Assembly (NCBI RefSeq): GCF_018350175.1
Contig: NC_058368.1
Span: 94,738,001-94,802,000 of the forward strand
Direction of reading: 5' to 3'
DNA: 64,000 bases
Source of the DNA: Felis catus
Lineage: Eukaryota
Position 1 is the stretch's first letter; the number at the start of each line of letters is the position of its first letter. The notes under the pieces are model-generated. The model searched no databases. It had not been told where the DNA came from and worked only from the letters and a program-made list of their open reading frames with translations. Shown one piece after another: positions 49,854 to 62,065 of this stretch. Position numbers and translations under genes: made by a program.

Positions 49854-50801
49854 ATTTCTTTAGTTTCAATGTGATGACTTTCTTGCTAATTTCTCCTCAA
49901 GTGATTGTGATTCTTGGTTACTTGTATGTCTAGTTGAAACTCAAGGTAGAACAGTTTTGGTGGTTGTAGGGTATTTACTCCTCAATCCAAATGGGAATCT
50001 GTTCCTCTTCATTTTTGGGGATAAGAAGATTCTTACTACAGAAGCCTTCAGCCAGTGACTTACAGGGCTGGGTGTGCCTTGTTGCAGGAATATGGCATCT
50101 GGGCTTGAGACTTCCTTCCCATAAGTGACCTGACACCTTGCTCTGTTCCTCTAATCCCGCTTTGCATTCTGGGACTCTGCACGGTCACGAAGCACATGTG
50201 AGACAATATGCTCCTCCTTTTATTATTTACTGATCAGGAGCATTGTTTTTGTGAGCTTCTGTAATGGCTTCTCCTTTGCCTGTTTTTACTCCAGTTTTCT
50301 CTGATTTGGTGTTTTTCCCTTTAATCGAATCTCCTCTGCTTTTTAGCTTATAGAACTTCCTCTCATTTTCTGTTCTGCAATGGTATGCTTTCTTGTTTTC
50401 CTAAACTATTAATGTTTATTTTTTAATACATTCTGTGTGGAATTTCAGGGAAACTGAAAGAGGTAAATGTGTCCTCATTTGCCATCGTGATTCATTTTCT
50501 CTCAAAAATAAAATGTAAAAAAGTACAGACTTTGAAATTAAGAGAAACTGGCAAAATGATGAAACCGTTTAATGGAGGCTTATCAACATATTTTAAAGGG
50601 AGGAAAATGTTAGGAATGTTTATAGTACGTAATGAATCTATAAAAGCTATTTATTTAGCATTAACCTTCTTCGTGAGTTCATTCCCCGCCACCCCCACCC
50701 CGCCCCCGGAAAGCAGATTTAAAGTCGACTTCTGAGATTTGAGTCATTTCTTGGGCATTATTATTAGTCATCCTATTTAAGAAAAAGTTGTTTAAGTGGG
50801 G

Positions 50802-51007
50802 TTTTTTTTTAATGTTTTATTTATTTCGAGAGAGAACGTGTGTGAAGGAGGGGCAGAGAGAGAGAGAGAGAGAGAGGGAGTCCCAAGCAGGTCCCACACT
50901 GCCAATCAGGAGTCTGATGCGGGTCTCGATCCCACAAACCATGAGATCATGACCTGAGCCGAAATTAAGAGTGAGTTGCCCAACCACCTGAGCCACCCAG
51001 GTGCCCC
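50802..51007 (-). mobile_element. CanSINE
   Basis: TSD core TTAAGTGG. Confidence 0.95.
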
Positions 51008-52574
51008 AATTAAGTGGTATTTTTAGTCCAAGGTAACATGGGTTATTTTGATATATTCAGTATTCTCTGTTGACCCAATTTATTACGTAGGCGTGCTATT
51101 TTCAAAAGTAGCATGGTGTATCAACATTTTGATCAGTACATTTTAACTATCAACATTAAGAGAAGTAAACACATACTTTAGTGGGCATTATAAAAGAATT
51201 TCACTGTCTTTTTCTAGACACAATTCAGTAGAAAGAGAAAGTCAGGGATTATATTAATAGTCATGCAAAGCAGCGGCTAATCTGTGCAAGTAAATCAATT
51301 ATCTGCTAAAATGGACAGATTGATTTCTTTATAACCTCATTGTAATTAATTACATTTCTGGAAAAATGAATGCAATTTAATATGAGACCCCAGGCTTGAA
51401 TTTGTCATATTTTTCATAATTGTTTTCTGAAACAAAGTTTGCTAATAAGTGTTTAGAGGAGAAAAAGTAAAGAGTTTAGTTTACACTGTACAGTACTGAT
51501 TTATTTATGGTATAAGTATTATATACTTTTCCATGAAACTCTTCAGAAATAGGAGAACATGAAACAACATGAAAGTTAGGAATTATTAACAAATCAGTCC
51601 GAGTGGTTTTGTATACGAACGGCCTCATGGAGACTTACAAAATTTGATTTCATTTTTCTTTTTACTTTTTCTACCAAAACCAATTTCTGCTTTAGAGACC
51701 TCAGTCGCCCATGGAAATTTGCTGCTTTTCTTTTAAAAGTGCACCTGCATCCAAAACTGATTAAAAACATACTTAAAAAGAAAACTGCCATAATGAATTA
51801 CATTTCTCAGTACTACCTAATTTGCCAATATGACTAGTTTTGATTAAAAAGAAGCTGATTATAATGTTCAAAACTGTTTATTGAACAGAAAATCTGGATG
51901 CAATCAGAAATCAGAGATGTACCCGTGGAGATACCGAATCTGAAAAATCTTGATGTGACAATTGCTATTTCCTTTTTAAGTTTGGCTAATCTTGCCATGG
52001 TAATACTAAGTAGTTCTACAAGTATTTGGAGGATTTTCTTGGTTTTGGGGAGAGTGGGGGGGCAGTGTGGAGGGAGGTGATGTTTCTTAGTTTTTAGTAA
52101 AGTTAGAGTGATGTTAATATGTACTCTTCTTATATGTTAGTAAAATTCTTTTATCAAGTTGATTAGTACAGCCTGCAGCTGGGTCCTTTCAAAGATATGT
52201 TACCATGAAAAAAAAATTATCTTACTATGTATAGTTTTCATTTCAGTGCATTTATTTGACATCTTTGTGGTTTTTATTGACCAAAACACCTGACTGTTGC
52301 CTCTTCTTTATTTTCATCCCTTTTTTAATTTTTATTTTGCAGCCTTTTGCATATGTACAGATCTGTGGCTTTTTCATTCCTGTCAACCTGCACTGAGTTT
52401 TAGTTTGCCTTCATTTTATCTTCACTTATCAATTCTAGTTGTTCTGGTTTAAGATTTACCAGCAGATTCCATGCCCCTGTTCTGTGTCTTCTAGATCTCT
52501 CGTCAACCCCTGGTATTACTAGCCAGCCATTTGTAGAGTTTGGGCATCAGAAATACCGTCTCCCTTAGTTTTTA

Positions 52575-52805
52575 ATAATATTAACGAATACTTATTGAGC
52601 ACTTACTTTGTGTCATTTGCTCTTCCAAGACCTTAAATGACATAAGATCTTCACTACAGTCCTCAGCTAAGTTACTTACAGATAAGGAGTGTGAGGCACG
52701 GAGAGATGAATTATTTTCTGTGAAGTTTCACCACTCAGTAGCTGGAGGAACCAGGATTCAGACACAGGCAGTCTGACCCCAGAGTCAGTGCTTTTAACTT
52801 CTCAG
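52575..52805 (-). mobile_element. MIR SINE, near full length
   Basis: acttattgagcacttactttgtgtca, ttacagataaggagtgtgaggcacggagag, ccaggattcagacacaggcagtctgaccccagag. Confidence 0.88.
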
Positions 52806-53563
52806 AGCTCTGCTGCTTTTTGAATCAGTGTTTCCTCTCATCATTTTCTGTTTGAGTCTACGTTTTTACATTTTTCATTTGACCCACACTTACCTATTAT
52901 GTTAAAATTTTCTACATCCCTCAAAACTGTCCAAATATCGGGTAGTGTAATTTGCAAGAGTGGAAGCTTGAGGACATGTTATGGACAAATTTCTTTTTGT
53001 TGTCCTTTGGAATGAAATTGAAAGGAGAACAATCATCACAGGGTTCAGAGTTAGACCTAAGAGGATTTATAGGTGGCGTACATATGCGTTTTTATTTTAT
53101 CCATAAATCTTTATTTCTTAATTGCCAATACTGTAACAAGACGTTATAATGCCTGGATTTTATCGTTAGCGATTAAGGTATGATTTTCTTAGAGTTGAAG
53201 AGTGAATCCAGGCCCAGTTTTTTCATTGTTCATTATATGGAAATGTATGACTCTATTCATTAGAAACAGATTACTGCCTGAGTATTGGTTGTGAGGCCCA
53301 AATGTATGCGTTCCCAAGTCTTTCATTCTGAAGTGAGTCAAAGATAAAAATGCTTCTGCATTTTGTTCTTTGCATTTTGTACCCGCACAACAAAAACAAT
53401 TTTTCAGAACTCTGTTCCTCGTTTCCAAAACAATCTGAGGTGCAAGTTAGGCCCATTTGGACAATATTTGGCAATATTTCTATGTCAAATATTTTACAGT
53501 CTTGCACGTAAAGCAACCAGTGTATTATAAGGCATGTTACTACCTTTTTAAAAACGAATATAA

Positions 53564-53702
53564 GGGCCACATGGGTGGCTCAAGTCAGTCAAGCGTCCAA
53601 CTCTTGATCTCAGCTCAGGTCTTAACCTCAGTGTCATGAGTTCAAGCCCTATGTTGGGTTCCATGCTGGGCGTGACGCTTACTTAAAAAAAAAAAAAAAA
53701 AA
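53564..53702 (+). mobile_element. Short CanSINE variant without CT tract
   Basis: tRNA-like head runs directly into cttacttaaaa...; long A tail. Confidence 0.9.
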
Positions 53703-55206
53703 GAAAGTATAAAAGTCAAAAATGGTGCTCTGGAAATTGTCTCTTTAGTCTCTGTAATAGAAACAGTTAATGTAGCAAAGAAAAAAAAAACTTGAATTGT
53801 GATATCTGGTTGTCATGACTGAAAATTTCTATGGTTTTATGGTTTTTCACTAACAGATAAACTTTTATTTAGACACACATGCATTTTAGAAAATGCATAG
53901 TTCATACTGTGCTCTTCGAGGACTTTCCTTGAACATGTGTTAAATGCTCAAATGTATCTGAATTGCAGCAAACCATACTTGCCGGAAAGATTAAGAACTA
54001 AAGAGAGCTGGACGTGATCCAGAGTGTGAACCTGGTTTTTCAAATGCCAGCACTTAAGAGCCTTTCACTACTAGTGTGGCCCCTAAATCAGGCCAGACTG
54101 TTCCAGGCTCTGCCTGCCTCTTGCCAGATCGGCTTCATCTGGCTGTACTTTCTCGGGTGTACGTTTCCCCTGGTGATTACAATGCAGGACATGGTGCTGT
54201 GGGGATGAAACAAATCTTGCAGATTTGTTCAGTAGTAATTCAGGTCAAATTGTGAATGTATGGAGGAAGCCATAATACTGTTTAATATTCTAGTTCATCC
54301 CCTTCAGTAGTTAGAAAATGTACTGCGTGGTGCAGGTTCAGCTACTGAAGATATCCCTTCACCAAAATCTGACTGCCATTTTGTAACACTTCACAGCACC
54401 TACCGCCACCCGTTACCCCCACCACAGTGCTCAGCATGTGACGGCTGGATTTTCAACAAGTCTTAGTTTCTTCTCTTATCAGAAGAGAAAAGTGCATCAA
54501 CCACAGTGTCACGTAAAACACGAACCTAAATTGAAAATAGAAGCATCCAGTTTCAAGACCTACTTGTTGACGTAACAGACACAGCATTGTGAGCTCCATT
54601 GTGACCCTGCATTGTATTGATTTCTCGCATGCCTGTCTTAGCATGTATTTTTCCTAATTAGGAGCGTGATGGGGAGAAATCCCGTTTCTGTCAGGTTTTG
54701 CAAAACACCTTGAACTCTTTGAAAGGTAGGTGTCATCTCCATGAAAAATGTGGTCAGTTCTTTCAGTCTGAGACATCATTTGATTTATCTGCCTTGCCAT
54801 CGAGAATAATACAGTACTTGTTTAAAACAAGTCTATGTTTGTTTCAAGTACAAGTCTGTCCTGGAGTACAAGTCTGTACCATATGGCTATATAGTACTTA
54901 CCACGAGTAAGTTCATGTCCAGATTCAAGTAAGTTCAAGTAAAATGTCTCGGATACTGACTATATTTGGAATAGTTGGCATTTCATTTTGCTTGCACGTT
55001 ATTCATGAAAAAGAGCAGTGAAAATGTTTCTGATACCGATATTATGGCTTCCCCTCTGGATTAGGTCACCGGTGGAAATGAACTCCATAGAGTCAGCCTA
55101 TTGAAGTCATTTTTGTCTACTTCACAAAACAGTAACCTAGTTCTGCATTGTTTGGTGGTCTGTGTTCAAGAGACATTACATATAAAAATAGCTGGAAGTT
55201 GCAATT

Positions 55207-55403
55207 AAAATAAAAAAAAATTTTTTTAATGTTTATTTACTTTTGAGAGAGACAGACATGAGCTGGGGAGGGGCACACAGAATCCAAAACAGGGTCCGAG
55301 CTGTGAGCACAGAGCCCAATGCAGGGCTCGAACTCACAGACTGCAAGATCATGACCTGTGCTGAAGTCGGACGCCTAACTGACTGAGCCACCTAGGCATC
55401 CCC
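55207..55403 (-). mobile_element. CanSINE
   Basis: TSD GGAAGTTGCAATT at 55194-55206 and 55404-55416. Confidence 0.95.
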
Positions 55404-55847
55404 GGAAGTTGCAATTTTAAGAAGAAGTAGTGTCATGTGGGAAAGGAAGCCTTCACTCCCCATGTTCTCTGCCTAGATCGGTATTCTACATACTGGCTTT
55501 TTTTTCATTCTTTGCCCCAAGCCAGGATTTTTTGTGCAGTTCTGATAATGCTGTTGAAACCAATGACCTTAATTTTACATGTAAAGGGTCTCTCAGACAA
55601 CATGTAGGTATGAAAATAGCTTTCAGAATTGTAACCATATTTAGATTATATCCAAGCAGTGATTTTGCACCCTTTCCAAAAAGTAATATATTTGGACAAC
55701 ATTTATATAACTCTGTGTGTTTAATTATTTATTTACTGCTTATTTAAAATGTTACATTGGAGGGAGTTTTTGTTTTTTATTTTCCCTACTCAGTATTTTA
55801 CACATGGCTTTATTTTCCATTCGATTTAAGAAGCTAAAAAAAAAATT

Positions 55848-56520
55848 CTATTCAACTTAGCAAGCATATATGAAACGTCTGTTACATTCAAGGCTCTGGG
55901 CTAAGTATACGCGGAGCATAAAATATGCCGATGACTTACAAAGACTGGTTTAAAACACAAGCAGTTTGACACAGGAGGCCACACTCTTAACCACTGTGCC
56001 ATACTAAAATGAAGACAAGACCCTACCCAACAGAAGCTTTCATCCTGCTAGAAAGGGGATGATATATTCAGGGAAAAAAAAATCAGTACTGGGTAGAATT
56101 TTTCTGGTGCTACATTACTACCTCAAGTATGGAAGATATTGGAGCTCAGAGGGAGAGATGCATTCCTTTTGGGAGGTGGGGGAAGGCCTCATAGACGAGG
56201 TGTTTGGGCTAACCCTTGAAGAATGGCAGGACTTTGCCACACGGTAGTTAGAGGAGTATATTCTCATTGAAGGAGGCACTGGGAACAAAGGCATTGTTTG
56301 GAGAAAACGCAAGTGTTCATGGGTAGTAATTAGCAAGTTTGTATAATAACATCCTTGGGGAAGTAAGAGGAAGAAGATAATTCAACCTGAGTTGTGGAAG
56401 GACTGAAGTGGTAACCTGAGGAATCTGGACTTCTGCCCATAATGGAGAATCTTCACAAGACCTAAACCCTAGAGAAAGAAGTCCGTGGTCAGAGTTAGAT
56501 GAAATGAAGTGGGAAGGGGA
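55848..56520 (-). mobile_element. LINE-2 3' region with a small MIR piece (about 55940-56005)
   Basis: caaggctctgggctaag, ggaaggcctcatagacgaggtg...ccttgaagaatgg; ctcttaaccactgtgccatact (MIR end). Confidence 0.7.
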
Positions 56521-57014
56521 GAGTGGCCCGGGAACTTTTTAAAACTTGGGCAGAGAGCATAGATAGAAATTGCATCACATACTTAAAATATATTTTACTC
56601 TGTAACTAAATGAAAACGAGAGTGGCCACAGTTAGTTTGAATATATAGAATAGGAAAATCTTTGTGCTCAACAGATCCTTGAATATAACACACATGTTTT
56701 TATTTAAAATTGGAAACTTTACATCATTTTGGAGGTGTTAGAAAATTATAGATCCAAATTGTAGATTATCTTAAAATTGAATCGCTACATTTTTCTTCTT
56801 TAACTGTAGGAGAATTGTTCAATGAAGAGAATTATCCAAACTAGAATCTCGCCATGGTGCTACACATTAACGTCACTTTCCTGTAAAGATATTATAAAAT
56901 ATTTTATATATTTTAATGTTTTATGTCTGATTTTAAAAGACACTATCTGTAGCTGAACTAATAGGTTTGGTGTTAATGCAACAAAAATAAACCTACCTTC
57001 TAAAGAATACTCTT

Positions 57015-57178
57015 GGGGTGCCTGGATGGCTCAGTTAGCCTCTGACTCTTGATATCGGCTCAGGTCATGATCTCGACTCATGAGATCAAGCCCCACGTGA
57101 TTCTCTTTCCCTCTCTCTCTGCCCCTCCCCTATTTGCATTCTTTTTCTCTCTCAAAAAAAAAAAAATAGCAGTAGTAG
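57015..57178 (+). mobile_element. CanSINE, internally deleted
   Basis: TSD aaagaatactct / aaagaattactct. Confidence 0.9.
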
Positions 57179-57420
57179 TAAAGAATTACTCTCACTATAC
57201 TTTTTACTTTAAATCTCTTCCTGTAACTTGCTGATATTTATAACATTAAAGAGACTACTCGTATTACAAGCCATCATCCATTTATCAAATTAAAATTTAT
57301 TATAAATGTTTGCCCATCTTGTGGAACACTTGCAGAACAAGTTACTCTCAATCCAAGGTTTTGCTGTGTTTTGGTTCTACAGCTTGCAAGCCATCTTGGT
57401 TTGCACATATATAGGTTTTT

Positions 57421-57614
57421 TTTTTTCCTTTAATGTTTATTTTTGTGAGAGACAGAACATGAGTGGAAGAGGGGTGGAGAGAGAGGGAGACACAGAATCT
57501 CAAGCAGGTTCCAGGCTCCAAGCTGTCGATGCAGGGCTCAAACTCACAAACTGTGAGATCATGACCTGAGCCGAAGTCGGACACTTAACCACATCTGAGC
57601 CACCCAGGTGCCCC
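57421..57614 (-). mobile_element. CanSINE
   Basis: TSD ata(t/c)aggttttt. Confidence 0.94.
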
Positions 57615-57919
57615 ACACACATACAGGTTTTTAAAGAAAATTAACTTCTAACCACTTCTGATCTATGCCTTGCCAGTCTTCATTTTCTACATTTTGTTAG
57701 AAGAATAAGGGATAGAAGAGGGAGAATTCCTGAGCATTCTTAACCCTATTTCTGAATATTCAAATCCCATCCTGAAACACGAAGTCTGACTTCACCTCTT
57801 GTGCAAATTTGAAATGAAGGTAAAAAGAGATATTAACTGCCGTTTTGTTGTTTCCTTCTTATTTTCAACTTTTCAATCTAAGACTAAGAAATGGATACCA
57901 TTTTTAAAAAAGAATTCTT

Positions 57920-58129
57920 GGGGCGTCTGGGTGGCCTAGTCAGTTGGGCGTCCAACTTTGGCTCAGGTCATGATCTCACGGTCCGTGAGTTTGAGCCCCG
58001 CATCAGGCTCTGTGCTGACAGCTCAGAGCCTGCTTCGGATTCTGTGTCCCACTTTCTCTGCGCCTCCCTCGCTCATGTTCTGTCTCTCAATCTCTCTCTC
58101 AACAATAAAGAAAAAAATTTTTTTTAATT
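57920..58129 (+). mobile_element. CanSINE
   Basis: TSD AAAAAGA(A/G)TTCTT. Confidence 0.95.
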
Positions 58130-58607
58130 AAAAAGAGTTCTTATCTTAGTGTAGTTAATAATTATATTTTTACATTTTTAAGTCTTTTGTTCATTGTCTC
58201 CTGTTTCCTACTTTATATCTTAATCTCCAGTAAATCTTCATCCTACTAAAGGGAAAGAAATCTGATGGATGGTGTCAGACTTTAACTGTATATTTACTCT
58301 TTCGACAGACAAAATAGTAAATATGAGATAAATATGAGTGTTGGGAATACATGAGTATCTGCCAAATCAGTCCCTATAATTTTAATATTTTAAATATTTT
58401 GTAATTTAAAAGGAGAAGATGGACTAGGACCAGTTTATGGAAAGTTTGGAGCTCTAAGGCAAAAGAGGTAGAACTTTAACTGATGTTAACGGCGGCAATA
58501 CTGACCATTGTTAGTTGAAGAGCAGTCTGTTGAAGTGGCACGTAGAAAACTGGATTTGGCCTCAGTATTTAGAATGATCTAGAGAATGATGAAACTGGAG
58601 AGATGGA

Positions 58608-58800
58608 TTTTTTTTTTTTTTTTAATTTTAGAGAGAGCATTCACATGTGGGGCAGAGGGGCAGAGGGAGAGAGAGGATCCCAAGCAGGCTCCATGCTCGG
58701 CACAGAGCCCGACGCAGGGCTCAATCGCCCTGGGATCACGACCTGAGCTGAAGTCAAGAGTGGGACACTCAACCGACTGACTGAGCCACCTAGGTGCCCC
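58608..58800 (-). mobile_element. CanSINE
   Basis: TSD CTG(G/A)AGAGATGGA. Confidence 0.95.
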
Positions 58801-60562
58801 CTGAAGAGATGGAAGTTAAGAAAATTCAGCATTCTGGGTTTTGTTAAATAAGTTCTTAGACCAGGTGGTGGCATAGAGAATAGAGAGGAAAGGGGAAGGA
58901 ATGCTCCTTCTATTTTTGGTAAGCGTTCTGGAATGAATGTTCGAGTATATTACCAATTCTGCTTAATGCATTTTGTATACTGCCTCTCTCAGATCTGGCT
59001 ATTAATGCTTTGAATATAAACCCTCTCCGTGAACTGGGTTAACCTTTCCAAACCCAGACCAGGCCAAGATCATGACCAGTAATATGGTCATCCATGTGGA
59101 AGATGATCTTCCAAGAACATCAGTTAGCTCTGTTACCAGCAATACAGATTTCAAATTAAGTCTGGCCCGTCTGCATGGAGCCTGTCTATTTGGCAGAGCT
59201 CTGATTTGCAACACAGTCTTTGGCTGCTTCTACAGGTTTCTGCAAACTTTTGCTTAAGCCAGTCTCTTTATAAATGTCTAAAAGAGAAATCTTTCTTTCA
59301 CCCCACCTTAAATACCCATTGCTTCACACAAACATTCTATATTTTTACAAAATCACTGACTTTTTCCAGTTCCGTGCCACAAATGAGTAATTGTTTCACA
59401 GCTACTTGGGTAAATCTCACCAACCTTATCAGTTTTCCATTTATTAACTCAGATCTGATTTGAAAGTAAAAATTACTTGTAATCGCTTTGGGGTTAAACA
59501 GATCTAACCTCTTCCAATACTGTATTCCAGTCATCTGTGGAATAATGTACATCTAAATTCCCTCTTCCATTAATCTGTGATTTTGAAGCAGCCCTATGTG
59601 ACCTGTAATCAAAAAGTGGTATTTGATAGATGCTCTTACCATTCTGTCATTTTTTTTCCCCCATCAGGATAGGAAATGCCTTTGAAACCCTTGTTTATTT
59701 TCCAGCACTATAAAAAAAAAATCCGTAAAGTAATTTCAACTTCAAAATTATTGAGAACTTCTTAATTGGATATTTAAAGTTTTATTTTTATTAACTTGGC
59801 CTAGGTCACAAAACTCATTAATATTAATGACTAGACTAGCGAGGCATTAAGGCTCTCTAATCATCAACAGATACAAAGCATTAAACCAAATTGTGTAGCT
59901 TTATTATGTTATGAGTCATTCCAGGCAGAGACCACATAGGACAAGCAAAAGCTGTACAATTCCGTTTTAATGCTTCTGACCCAAACCTTTGGTTTCTTAC
60001 TTCTATTTGTAGACACACTGGAGCTTTAGCACTCAAACACTTGAACGGAGTTCTTATGGACTTCATATGAGTACACGGCTCGTTAAAATAAAACACTTGG
60101 AACTAATCATTCAAAAAAGCATTTGTGAGTAGTAAACTTTAGAAAAGAGATAAAACTTGAGCCAGCATTTACTTTTTACAGAGTATCAATTTATAAATCA
60201 CATTTGTGTTCTCTTAAGGAAGTGTGCATGAGATCAGATTTTACTCATGTTTGAGAAATTACATAAATAGGAGCCACTAAGGGATGTAGCCTACATATTC
60301 GGAAGGTGTGATCTAACAGCCTCTGCACCTGTCACCAGCCTGTGCTGTAAAACAGCAGTACATCGGATTGTGGTAAAGAGAGTCGGAAGTTGTCAACCTT
60401 GAGATGAGTAGCGATTACTCTGTTTTCAGTAGAGCTGAATTGTCCCCTTGCCTATAAACAACCAGGCCTTTAAAACTGGCAGCAGTGACTGTACCATGGA
60501 ATGTGGATGATGATTGGGTCATTTTTGGTTAATAGCACTAATGATTTGAGACATTTGTCTAC

Positions 60563-60743
60563 AAGAGGTTGGCAGACTTTGTTCTGCAAAGGGCCAAATA
60601 GTAAATATTTCAAGCTTGTAACCCAAAAGCAGCCGTAGACAGTACCGAAACAAGTGAGCGGAGCTGTGTTCCAATAAACCTTTATTTACAAAAACTGATG
60701 GCAAGCCAGATTTGGCCTGTGGACTAGAGTTTATCAACCCCTG
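60563..60743. mobile_element. MER58A (hAT-Charlie MITE), internally deleted
   Basis: aaagggccaaatagtaaatattt, gctgtgttccaataaacctttatttacaaaaac; imperfect terminal inverted repeats (agaggttggcagact / agtttatcaacccctg). Confidence 0.88.
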
Positions 60744-60769
60744 GTGTCACTAACCTTCTCTTTGTCATT

Positions 60770-61010
60770 TAATCTGAAATAAAAACTTACCAATACTTGT
60801 CTCACTTGGTTCTTGGGAGCCTTTGACATTTGAATTATTCTTTCCTTCTTAAAACTCTTTCCTCAGGGTCCATGATAACACTTTCTAGGTTGTTTTTTAT
60901 TCTTTTTTTTTTTTTATTCTACCTTTCAAGGCATTCCTCATTTCTTTTGTGTTTACAAAGTTCCACTTGCTTATACCATTCCTTAAATATTGGTGTGCAT
61001 GAGGGATCTG
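60770..61010 (+). mobile_element. LINE-2 fragment
   Basis: gcctttgaca, ccttcttaaaactctttcctc, ccatgataacactttct, ccttaaatattggtgt. Confidence 0.55.
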
Positions 61011-61027
61011 TTTAAAATTTATATCAT

Positions 61028-61268
61028 TTCCAGAATAGGCAAATATACAGGCACAGAGAGCAGATTGCTTGTTGCCTAGGACTAGGGTTAGGAGGGTGGG
61101 TGGATAATATCTAAAGGGTATGGGGTTTCTTTGGAGGTGGTGAAAATGCTTTAAAATTAATTGTGCTTATAGTTGTACAATTCTGTGAATACTCTCAAAA
61201 CCACCAAATTACACACTTTACAGGGACAAGTTGTGTGGTGTATTAATATCTCCATAAAGTTAAAAAAA
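61028..61268 (+). mobile_element. L1MB-like 3' end
   Basis: ccagaataggcaaatata, gggtatggggtttctttggaggtggtgaaaatg, tgtgaatactctcaaaaccac. Confidence 0.85.
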
Positions 61269-61488
61269 TATTAAATTCTCCAATGTTATTATTTTCCCTA
61301 GATTGAAAATAAAACCCATGTTCCACCTTTTCCTCAAGTACCGTAGCACAGAGTGAACTGTCTGCCAGCATTCTCTGTGTTGAGTTCATAGTAGCTAAGG
61401 CCAGACACAGTAGTATGCCCCATTAATGTGTAGTAATTATAGTGTCTACATTTGCCCATATCAGTGCCTCACTTAAACACACTATTTT

Positions 61489-61657
61489 GGGGGCGCCGGG
61501 GTGGCTCAGTCAGTTGAGCATCTGACTTCAGCTCAGGTCATGATCTCACAGTTCATGAATTCGAGCCCTGCGTCCAACTCCATGCTGACAGCTCAGAGCC
61601 TGGAGCCTGCTTTGGATTTTGTGTCTCCCTCTCTCTTTGCGCCTCCCCTGCTCGTGG

Positions 61658-61690
<33 letters not shown>

Positions 61691-61716
61691 AAAATAAACA
61701 TTAAAAAAAAGTTTTG
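61489..61716 (+). mobile_element. CanSINE
   Basis: Full structure. Confidence 0.96.
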
Positions 61717-61859
61717 TAAATACAATTTTTACTGGCTATGTAATGTTCCATTGAATGGCAGTGAATTTCTTTGAAATTAATCTTCTTTCAACCTTCCTAT
61801 TTCTTAGAGTAGATTTCTTGGAAGAGTATTTACTGGATCAAAGAGCATCAGCTTTTAAA

Positions 61860-62065
61860 TTTTTTTTTAATGTTTATTTTTGAGAGAGAGAGACACAGAG
61901 TGAGAGCAGAAGAGGGGCAGAGAGAGATGGAGACATAGAAACCGAAGCAGGCTCCATGATCTGAGCTGTCAGCACAGAGCCCGACGTGGGGCTCGAACCC
62001 AAGAACCATGAGATCATGACCTGAGCCAAAGTCGGACTCAACGAACTAAGCCAGCCAGGTGTCCC
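61860..62065 (-). mobile_element. CanSINE
   Basis: TSD gagcatcagctttt / gagcatgaactttt. Confidence 0.96.

Larger units (their letters stand above)
46900..50490 (-). mobile_element. Ancient HAL1/L1ME-like element (5' end and ORF1), fragmented by later insertions
   Basis: T-rich antisense ORF1-like blocks (tgaagacattgct, ttctgatatccatacaattttcatacctttgtaaataacctg); ends gaggtaaatgtgtcctcatttgccatc, resembling the reverse of an L1 5' GATGGC start. Confidence 0.55.

Noticed and set aside
51889..52000. Possible coding exon (KIWMQSEIRDVPVEIPNLKNLD...)
   Set aside because: Poor pyrimidine tract, weak donor, no protein recognised.
54826..54945. Short recurring motifs (acaagtct, gtaagttca)
   Set aside because: Two to three degenerate copies, consistent with local slippage.
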